Part shown: piece by piece, positions 54,029-64,000 of the stretch
How positions within the stretch are numbered: position 1 is the stretch's first letter
How the letters are laid out: every line of letters begins with the position of its first letter
Assembly: GCA_016748015.1 (NCBI GenBank)
Contig: JAAOMT010000439.1
Span: forward strand, 765,527-829,526
Origin: Geosiphon pyriformis uo1
Lineage: Eukaryota > Fungi > Glomeromycota
Length of the DNA stretch: 64,000 bases
Direction of reading: 5' to 3'
Made by a program: the position numbers and the translations under genes
The notes under the pieces: model-generated
Seen by the model: the letters and a program-made list of their open reading frames with translations, nothing else
Database searches by the model: none
What the model was told of the DNA's origin: nothing

Positions 54029-54290
54029 AAGTTTTTAATTAGTTAACTTGATAGGCTTAATTTTCAACCAAAACATAGGTTAATTGCTCAAGATTTTAAA
54101 CTTTACTTGATCTTTACTTGATGGCATAAATAATTTTAAAAGGATTCATTCTATTCTGAATAATTCTAACAATTCAATTAATAATAAAAATTTTGTAAAA
54201 CTTGAATTCTAATTCCTCTCTCCTTTTTTTTAAGAGAAGACATTGATCGATTAAACAAGGATTTGATCCCTGCTTATTATCTTTCTTTGT
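54029..54290. repeat. Right arm of degenerate inverted repeat
   Basis: See 51735-52100. Confidence 0.85.
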
Positions 54291-55280
54291 GCAAATTTCA
54301 TTAAATATTTAGGGGTAAATTTTGAATTATAAACTTAATTTATAAATAGAGCCGTTGTTTTTTAAATTATTAGGTTAGACAAATAAGTTGGATTGTAAAC
54401 ATTTTAAAGAACAAATAAAAGATTCTTATAAATTTTATATATAATTTAAATTTAGAAATTAAATGGATATTATACTTTATATAAGTTTTTCTTTATCGAT
54501 TGTATGACAGTTTTTATTGAATCATGTCGTCAAGACATGAGAAGAGGCGATTCTTAATTTCTCTAATGAAAATTTAACTTTTTTGGAAAATTCAAAATAA
54601 TGTATCATTTCACAAGATAAAATTAATTTTTAAAAAAATTTATTATGACATGTAACTATTTTAATTATTATTTTAGTTTTTAATCAAGTATTCAAAAAAA
54701 CTATGAATTGGTAATCATTGATTTTATCAAAAAGCTTATTATCAGGACAAAATGCATGGCAATATACAAACATTGGATTTATATAGTACTAAATTAATAA
54801 AAAATATTTTACCAGTATTTATTACATGTTTTCATAAACGTTTTCTTTTTAAACATAAATAAATATGATAGCCTTTGACAAAGATATTAAAATTTGTTTT
54901 AATAAAATTTCTTCAGTTTAAACTATATTTTAAATATTGAGAAAATGTACGTTTATAAAATCTCACTTTTTAGATCAGGTTTAATGTATTTGTGAGATGC
55001 ATGAGATGGTACAATTTCAAACTTGCAGTGAAAAAATGGATAGATGAGTTCATTTGGATCCAAATGTTTTTCATTCAGATTTTCCTTTATATTTGATCTT
55101 TAATTTACTGGTTAAATATAAAACTTGCACAAAGACTAATTTTTTTATGATTTCATTCTGGCCTTTGTTCAAACATACCTTACAAGATCGTGTGGCATTT
55201 AGTGCATGATTATGGCAGGATATTTATAAAAGCAAAAATTCCAAAAATAAAAATTCTTTATTAAATTGAATTTTTTTCAA

Positions 55281-56006
55281 ATGGATTTGGAAGTCAAATT
55301 TGAAAACCACTGTGGCAATAACAGTGAGAGTTACTGTCAAAAAATAAAGCCTACTTTAGATTCAAAAGAAAATCCAAATGTAGCATCTCCAGAACCACAG
55401 AGAGAATCTAGTTTGATTTTATCGTCAAATGAACTGTCAACTATTAATTTAAATATTAATACATCTTCTGCGACAATTACCTTACCTCAGACTATAGTTT
55501 CTCCAAATACTTCCATCTCTTCTTCTTTTCCAACATCACCAACAATGTCCACTCCCTTAGTAATACCTCCAATAAGGGCAGCACATCGTCCACAAAGATC
55601 TGTATCTATTGAATCCCTACCACAATATTCTACATCAATAAATGATAAGCCACCAAAATATTATCGTCCTTGGACAATGGATATGGATCCTTTTCAAGAA
55701 GTTAAACCAAGTCAATCTAAAAATTCTTGGTCAATTACCAAGAAACTTTACTTTTTTGGATTTTTTCTCTGGCCAATTTGGATAGCCGGTTCAATATGGA
55801 TTTGTGCTAAGGAAAAAGAGAAACGACGATGGTGTGAGTAAAACTTTGAAATTTGATTTTGGGAGATTTTGAGGTTTTAATTTATTAATGAATTTTTATT
55901 TTACTACTCAATTTTTCCAGCCCAAAGATGTTTAATAAATAGCATAATTTCAATTGGAATTTCTACTTATATTATTGTGGCTATAGTGAAAAATATGAAA
56001 AATTGA
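55281..56006 (+). CDS. PY-motif small membrane protein (copy B, inverted paralog of 48533-49282)
   Basis: Exon 1 55281-55833, intron 55834-55920 (GTGAGT..CAG), exon 2 SQRCLINSIISIGISTYIIVAIVKNMKN*. Confidence 0.8.
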
Positions 56007-57870
56007 TTCTGAGATCGATCAGCAACAAGTCATGATTTCTCTAAATACCATGTATTTATCTTATTAGAACAACATCATATGTTGAATATAATACATCAAA
56101 TATATTTATAAGGTATATAACTAATTTTTGCAATACCATCAAAGTAATGGGTTGCTCCTCTATCGGGAATTCAATCAAGAGACAAGAATTTTTATTTCCC
56201 TCGACAATTCTGTTTCTTTCGTTTCGGTTCATATTAAAAACAGTGTCTGAGATTGCATTTAAGATTTTCTTTCTCTGAATAATCTTTACTTTTATATCAC
56301 TTATTTTTCTTTTTCAAAATCATTTGGAATTTTGGATTGAAATACTTTATAAGAAGTTAAATGGGCTATAGTTTTTGGGAGATAAGAAGTTTTTAAATGA
56401 TCAAAGTCTTTGAGTTTTTAATTTTAAATAAATGGATTTGGCCATTAATTGAAAAGTAAAATTTGTAAACTTTTTTCAGTAAAAATTATTCTTAAAAGAT
56501 TTTAAGCTTTTTGGTATTTTTCAAAAAAAAATTAAATTAAATTCCTATAAATTTTGAAAAATTTTCTAGAAAGTATTAAAAATTTTTAATTTTTGTATAC
56601 ATCTATAAATTCCATGAAATTTATGATAAAACTTTTTATCAATTTTTTTAAACCTTTAATCTTTGAATGGAAATAACTAATTAAAATTTCAAATTAAAAT
56701 ACTCATGGTAAAACTTTATATCAATCAAGATGAATTTTTTTTTGATAAACTTTTTGAATTTTAATAAACATCAATTTAGGATGAAGTAAAAAAATCCAAA
56801 AAACCAATTAATTTCATATAGAAATTATAAAATATTTTAATCCAAATTTTGAAGAATAAAATTGTATTAAATTGAAACCTGAAAGCTCATTATGATTTTG
56901 ATTTATTGGGTTTATGACCAATGAATTCAATTTAAACTGAAATTGTAAAGCAAATTGGTTATTAAGTATTTCGGAATCTTTTTTGTTCGTTTTGATTCTG
57001 TTTGAAATCCGAGAAAATTTTATTCAGACTTTAAAGTCTAATCAGGTCAACGACCATTATTGTGTATTTTAGGTTAATAGCAACACTCAAAATTTTCTAA
57101 TAAAAACTTTCTTATCTGAATAAATTTTTTCTTTTTCTTTTAAGGTATTTAAACGAAATGAATGGACGAATAAATAAATAAATAAATAAATAACCTTTAA
57201 AATAAACTCCCAAGAAAGCAAAATCTAAAAAATGCGTACATTTATCAGTTTTAAATTGGCAAATATTTCTACGAATTCCCTTTCTGGATTTATTGCATTG
57301 TTCATCTTTCACAAAATTAATATTGACGACAATAAAATAACCCTCATCCGATTGATCAAATGTGCTCCTAAAAACATTCTTTCCCAATAATTCTGTTATC
57401 CAGCTCATTACAATTTTTTTTTATTTTAATCAAATCTCACAAAATGGAATATAAATGTAGCAAACATATTTTTATATGAAAATAATTACTTTGAATGTTT
57501 TATTTAATAAAAATTGCTAAAATTTAATAAGAATGTTCAAGTTAATTGATGTAGTAAAATTTGATATAACAAAAATTTATGAAAAAAGCTAATAAGTGTA
57601 CATATGTAGTAAATTTTGATATGTTTGAATAATTCGATCTCAAGAATTTTAATATTATTGCCCTAAATATTACAAATGAGGGAAAATCTATAAAAATTTT
57701 TAAAATATTTTTTTGTGTGGTAAATATTATCACCCTTAAATATTTAATAAAAAAAAACATTCACAGATCGTGCATTCCATATCTTATAAAAAGAAAATCA
57801 AAACTTTTTGAAGGTAAAACTTTTATTCTTTGGATTATAGACACTTGAATATAAAACAAAATTCTTAAAA

Positions 57871-59325
57871 ATGTCTAAAATACTTGTTAAGAATAATTTA
57901 TTATTGATAGTAGTCTTATTTGCTCTTTTAATTTTATTATATCAAAGTTTATCGATATGTTACAAAAATTTAATTCATATTCAAACCCTAGAGCTCTTAA
58001 AACCATCAGTTTTATTATTTCCAAGTTTAAAAAGCTCAAATTATAATATAAATCAAACATTATATGAATTACTTAAAAATCGTGCTGTAAATCAACCACA
58101 AAAACGATTGATAAATCTTAAAATAGAGAAGAAGTTTTTGAAAAAATTAACCATGGCTGCGTATTTTTCGAATCTTGCCTACATTCCAGACCATAAAAAA
58201 ATGGGAGAACCTTTTTCCAGTCAGCGTTTGAAAGGTTTTGACTATTTATTAAATTTGAAGTACTTATATGCACCTGATTTAATTCTTTTTTATTCTACGT
58301 TAAAGTTAACATGCACCATGCAGGCTCTTCATTGGTTGTACATTTTAAAGGTGATAAAAATTTATATAACTTATATTTTCATCATTCATAAACTCTTATC
58401 CAATCAGAAACTCAAATTTAAAATATTTAATTCATTAATTAAAGGACCTATGTTGACAAAAAAAGAATGGGTAACTCGAAAAACTAAGCTAGCAACATTT
58501 GAACTCGAGGGATTTCCACACAATGACTTAATTCAGGTCGAAAAAGATTGGAGCAGCGATGTCCTTGCCATCAAAGAAGAACTAAACGATTGGATTTTTC
58601 ATTCAATACAACATGCTGAAACCAATTATTGGACAAAAACTGTTAAAAATATCCTATTTACTGGGCATGCAATTGGTGGTGGTATGTTTTCAATGAAAAA
58701 ATTATAAAATACAATCAATTAAATATTAACTTACTAAGACAATTTAATAGCTTATGCAACAATCGCTGCACTGCATTGGAGAATTGGTTCAAGTTATTTC
58801 GATATTAATAATAGTCTTAAAATTGATTTTGCTGCTTTAAAACTCCAAGTTATTACCTTTGGTGCTCCTAGGGTTGGTAATGCTGTATTTGCACGACTAG
58901 TCAACAAACTGTTAGATGTTTTCCGAATCACCTATTTTAACGATCATGTGCCACACTTTCCAAAGTATGAGGTTGATAAAAAGAATCTTTTGCAACATTC
59001 AGAGACAGAGTATTGGATTTTGCCATCATGTGAATGTCCAAATAATGGAGAAGATTTATTTTATGAGTGCAGGGGATTTGACTATGGGTTAAAAGGTTGG
59101 AAACAGCAGTATATTGGATTGCCAATGACTTTAGTTCCAGAGAGGGGCATGTCTGGAGAAAATGAGGTTGGTCTTTGATTATTATTATTATTATTATTAT
59201 TACCGAAATTTATTTTTATAAAATTTTAACTTTTAAAGGAATGCAATGCTGCCCAGCGAATAAAGAATATACCGGATAATTGTATACATTTGGGACCATA
59301 CTTTGGAATAATAATGAATAATTAG
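57871..59325 (+). CDS. Class-3 lipase-like protein with N-terminal signal/anchor; catalytic Ser replaced by Ala (GHAIGG); apparently intact
   Basis: AAYFSNLAY, LVVHFK|GP, ILFTGHAIGG|AYATIAAL, VITFGAPRVGNAVFA, RITYFNDHVPHFP, QHSETEYWI, GENE|ECNA, IHLGPYFG; all exons join in frame with GT-AG introns. Confidence 0.88.
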
Positions 59326-59718
59326 GAGAGAATTATGATGAATTTTTCAAAGCGATTTTTAATTTAGGGCGAATTTTGACCTTGGCTCTTTGCTTGATTA
59401 ATTAATAAATACGAACCTAAGCAATTTTAAATTTACTCAGCAAAGAATATTTTTAGTTTCAATTAAATTTGGTTTATATTAAGTTGGTTTTCTTTGATAA
59501 AAAGAAATATGTTAAATGCAAAATTGGAACTTTTTGTTTATTTTCTAGTCAAAAAAAAATCTGAATTTATTTCATGTAAAAAAAAATATATATCTTGTCT
59601 ATTGAATTCTTTGATTTAATAACTGATAAAAATTTATTTTAATATTATAAATAATCATAATTATAATAAGAAAAAAAAATTTATTATTATGAATATTAAT
59701 CTTTGCGATTTTAAATAT

Positions 59719-59720
<2 letters not shown>

Positions 59721-59782
<62 letters not shown>
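59721..59782. repeat. (AAT)n microsatellite
   Basis: Direct reading. Confidence 0.9.
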
Positions 59783-59783
<1 letters not shown>

Positions 59784-60109
59784 TGTTCTTTAGCTCGAAT
59801 ATTGAATTTTAAAAACATTGATTATAAAGATATTTGAAGAAAATACCAAGAATTTTTTTTCAAAAAAAGTAAAAAGAAACAAAATTTTTGATCATGCATT
59901 TGAAAAAAAATTAATAATACCAAATATTGACTTTTTAACCAAATTATACATTTAAAAAAATACATTATAATAATATTATTAACAGTACAATTATCAAATA
60001 ATTATCGAATTTTGGTTTAGGAATACCTAATTTTCAAAAAATAGATAAATTTTTGTAATCACACAATATAAAAACTAAATATAACTTTTAAAAAGCTAAA
60101 AAAATATAT

Positions 60110-60760
60110 CAATGATGACTCCGCCTATGGTTTTTAATTTCATTGTAAATTTTTGAGAACCCAACTTAGGGGGAAATATTTTTGCGGTTTCCTGTTGCGC
60201 CTTTTAACATTATCCATGATCGAGTGAGTATTATCTAAAATCTCCGATGTATCTAAATCTCCATTTTTGAAAAGAGAGCCAAATTTCTGGTTTTATTTTA
60301 TAACGGTGTCATGAATATAGAAGACAACGCTATGCCTTGAGCCAGCCGTTATTGGAAAGTTCTCGTGAACTAAATGACGTGATCGAAAAGCGATTGATTG
60401 TCTTTGCTTGACCATAACAGCAACTTAAGTTCAGGAAATGCTAGATGCCCACCCTCAAACGTTCCGAGAGGGCAGACAATACAGAGTGTATTACGATGAT
60501 CTTTTAGATCTCGATGAAATTGGCAGATGCTATTAAAGTTAATATTAATAGTGGGGAAGGCTCCAAAATTTTCGAGCCTAAGTTGAGTTTTTTCATTTTA
60601 GCGTATAATGCCGGATATGCGTTGTTAAGATAATCGTTTAATGCGTCGGAAAGTGGCTGAAGTCTTCGGATCAAATCCTGAACACACTTATGATGCTGCT
60701 GGGAATGTGAAGAAGCAGTATTCGAAATGACATATGGTAAGTTGCAGAAAGAATAATGCG
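60110..60760 (-). pseudogene. TET/JBP-like 2-oxoglutarate/Fe(II) dioxygenase, frameshifted and 5'-truncated
   Basis: Across two frameshifts: YPALYAKM..FGAFPTININFNSICQFHRDLKDHRNTLCIVCPLGTFEGGHLAFPELKL/VMVKQRQSIAFRSRHLVHENFPITAGSRHSVVFYIH, giving HxD...H...RxS.V.Y. Confidence 0.75.
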
Positions 60761-60989
60761 AGGCTTGGAGATTTGAGAAGATAAATAATAAAAATAAAAT
60801 TTTTGTGTCGCACAGTTTTATAAAAATACTCAAAAAGAAATACGAATTCAAACACCACACCCTATTTACTACATTCTCAAATGCTAACAACACCAAATAT
60901 AAGAATAATAGAACATGAAAATGTCAAGCAGTAAGTTAAAATTAATTGTTATTTTTATATTAATTTTGGATATATTGAATCAATTCAAT

Positions 60990-62200
60990 TGATATGCGCA
61001 TTTGAAAAAAATCCATCTGAATTGGTGAAATTAATAGGAGAAAATTTTACTAATGAAATTTTTTCCTATCGAAGACAGGTACTCAGTATGCGAATAAGAA
61101 ATTTAGAAAAATACTTTAGAAATACATTAAATGTAAGCTAATTTATTTTTTAATTGAATAATTTATTATAATTATATTAAATTAGCATATTTAATTTATA
61201 TATATAGAAAAACGGAAAAGATTTTAAGTTCGCAATTCTAGAAGAAATAAAAGGAGTAAACAAAAATAAATTTAGAAAAAATATTGATGGATTTGTTAGT
61301 ATTAAATTATATTTAAGCATAAAAAAAACTTAGTTCTAATAAATATTTTAAAGTTTCTAAAGTTATAACTCAGTTGATTTATTTTCAAGACCTTCAAGAA
61401 GAATTGGAGAAAGAAAATTTACTATAAATCATATCGTTTCTTTGTTCAAGTTTTATGAAACAACATTTGGAACCTTGAAATTTGACTGGATAAAAGTGCA
61501 TACACAGTTAACTGATTCTGAAATTGTATCAGTTGATATTAAAGGTATTCATTAATTTAATAATTGTAATTATTATTATAATTGGCTATTAATTTTTAAT
61601 TTTATTTCAATAAAAAAAAGGCGTTCGACATAGAAATAACAAGGAAATATGGCATCTGGAGGTTTCAGGACCACCAAGTAATCCTACAATTTCTCATATG
61701 GTGAATGATACAAAGAAAGCTTTAGATACAGATATATTGAATTTAGTGGAAATATTAAGAGATCATCTTGATATTTGACTTGAAAATAGCAAAGAAAATT
61801 AAGGTTTCAGCATAGAAGTTAAGCATATATTGTTTTATAAAATTAATTATTAATTATTAAACATTAATCATATTTTATTTTTAATTTTTAATTTTCAGCA
61901 TATCGGTTAACATTTTATGCTCTTAATATGCTTGCAGATGGCTAAACATCCGCAGAATTGCCATTTAATTTTGATTCACGGTCAAAATATATGGCAATTA
62001 TACGAATGATGGCAATTTTACATGTAAGAAAAACATATTGTAAAATTAATTTTATTTAAATATTTCACAACTTTTATTATTATTATCATTATTATTATTC
62101 TTAGGATGAACTAATCAGCAAATGGATATCTTGAATGAGATTGATACTATCATATTTCCTTGTCAAGGCAAAAGTGTACGTAATGTATTACCTATTCCAT
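60990..62200 (+). pseudogene. Decayed multi-exon gene of a repetitive Glomeromycotina family, putative PD-(D/E)XK nuclease-like domain
   Basis: FDWIK.H..., VDIKG|VR..NKEIWHLEVSGPPSNPT..VNDTKKALDTDILNLVEILRDHLD*, followed by further broken exons separated by AT-rich introns. Confidence 0.5.
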
Positions 62201-64000
62201 GAAATTTATGAGATATATTAAAAAAAAATGGTTGTGATAGTTAATTTTTTATGTTTAATAATTTACAACTCATAATTTAAATGAATTTTAACATTAAATT
62301 TAATTAACAGTCGAGCAAAATTTAGTTTGATATTACTGATTTGTTGATAAAGTTTTTCATTATAATTTGAGATTAAATAAAAGATCGAAGCAAAGAAATA
62401 AAATTAAAATTGGATAAATTAAACAGAATTATATTGTTGACCGAAACCAAGTCTCAAAATTAGCTGCAATATTTTTTAATGAGAATTAAATTTCAATCCT
62501 TTTGGATGCAACAACTCCTTTGCCCATACTCCCAAAACATCTCAGCTAAGAAACTTTCAAAAAAATTTCTCAGAATGAAGAAATTACTTCGAGGCACAAA
62601 AGGCCCAAGAGTTGCTTAAGTGGAAGTATGTTCAGTTGAGGGCCAAAAGTTCTGCCTTTGTTGTTTGTATGGATCTGCTGAGTTCTACATGAAAGATACA
62701 ATTGTTTGCTGAGTCTATTGCTGTAACATAATTGTAATTATCTAGTGTTGAATCACTGATCTTGTTTCATTACCTGTAATCTTTGTTGTATTATTATGTT
62801 TATGAGATTTTCTCGAAATTTTATTTGCAACCAATTCCTAAATCTCAAAGAAAACTGTTTTTCAATAAATATAGGATTAAAATTAGAGTTAGAGTTGCCC
62901 AATAAATACATCTTGAAAACATTAAAAGTTCACAAAACTGATTAATTAATTAGCATAAATAATACCAGAAAATTCCTTTACATATCTGTTTAAAACACTA
63001 TGCTACTTTTTTTATTTTTGAAAAGAAAAAAAACAAAATTCTTGATTGATAGTTTAGTAATTAAATAAAACTATAAAATCAAGTAAAGCGAAAATTATTA
63101 AACTTTTTACAAGTCAAATCATTTTTTAATGATCTGTATTGTCATTAAAATTAATGCTATTATAATTGTTAAAATGTTAAAAGGTGTTTTAGATTACTCA
63201 AATATTAATTATAAAGTTGTTATTAATATATTTAATATCAAGTAATTGTAAAAAAATTGTTTAAGTTACAATTAATTATTTTAAACGAAATTAATTTAAT
63301 ATTTGTAAAAGAAGTAATTAGAAATTGCAGACAATGACAATTATAATTAATATATTTTAAAATAGGCAAGTTTTTTTTAAAATTATTACAAGGTTTGAAA
63401 TAATAGTAATCTAATAATTACATTTTAAACTTTAAAAAATGTCTAGTGTAAATTTATGTGAAAATAATATTGAATAATCACTGAAATAATTTTTAAGTAA
63501 TTTTATTCATAATATAAAAAAGAGTTATGAATATTTTATTTTATAATAACATTATTATAAAAATTAAGCCTGTTTATAACAAAAAATTTTTTATATTGAT
63601 ATTTTAAAAATTTTTAATTTATTTAGTTTAAATTTAAAACTTATTTTAAATCAATAAATAATTTTACCATCACAAAAAAAATTAATATTTAAAAATAATA
63701 AATGTATTTTTGAAGTTTTTTATTTAAATATCCAATTTCTGTATTGAATTTTTAAAAAAGATTATATATTATTTGAATAATTACGTACAGATATCAATTC
63801 TTTTCATAAATTTTCAATCTTATATTTTTGAAATTTTATGATGTTGTGACATAAAGAAACTGCTATTCTTTTTTTCAAAGTAAAATATCTTTAAAAATTG
63901 ATATCATTTGATAATTGTTCAATATAAATGCTGATTAGAATAAAATTTTTTATGAATATTTAAGTAAGTCTTTAAAATGTTAATAAAATATATAAAAATG

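Noticed and set aside
57112-57408. 98-aa ATG ORF divergent from the lipase-like gene
   Set aside because: No recognisable domain; the 3' part runs into intron-like AT sequence
62620-62760. TTKAELLAL on minus strand, resembling the RNase H motif of non-LTR retroelements
   Set aside because: Single short motif without the other catalytic motifs
1-64000. tRNA, rRNA, CRISPR arrays or bacterial (endosymbiont-derived) genes
   Set aside because: None recognisable by eye; all identified genes are intron-containing or eukaryotic TE-derived

Overview
AT-rich, intron-containing fungal genomic DNA, most likely Glomeromycotina (arbuscular mycorrhizal fungi/Geosiphon lineage). This is inferred from the kinase/Sel1 fusions, the 'H.GPYFG' lipase-3-like genes and short GT-AG introns. 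The first ~5.7 kb holds two conserved convergent genes: the 3' part of a DUF1640/MCUR1-like gene and a GH5 EGCrP/Egh1-type steryl-beta-glucosidase. The rest is a repeat- and pseudogene-rich accessory region. It contains two Tc1/mariner relics (one with strong CpG decay, one with an internal micro-inversion), a two-TM lineage-specific membrane gene, and three class-3 lipase-like genes that all lack the catalytic Ser. It also holds an apparently intact cytochrome P450, a head-to-head pair of Sel1-repeat/protein kinase genes with opposite domain order plus decayed relatives, and an old inverted duplication of a PY-motif membrane protein gene with a gene-conversion tract. At the right end a TET/JBP-like dioxygenase pseudogene lies next to a nuclease-like pseudogene. 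Two N-gaps (11707-11840, 31853-32039) hide parts of a transposase and a kinase. Splice models and pseudogene reconstructions were made by eye and their boundaries are approximate.
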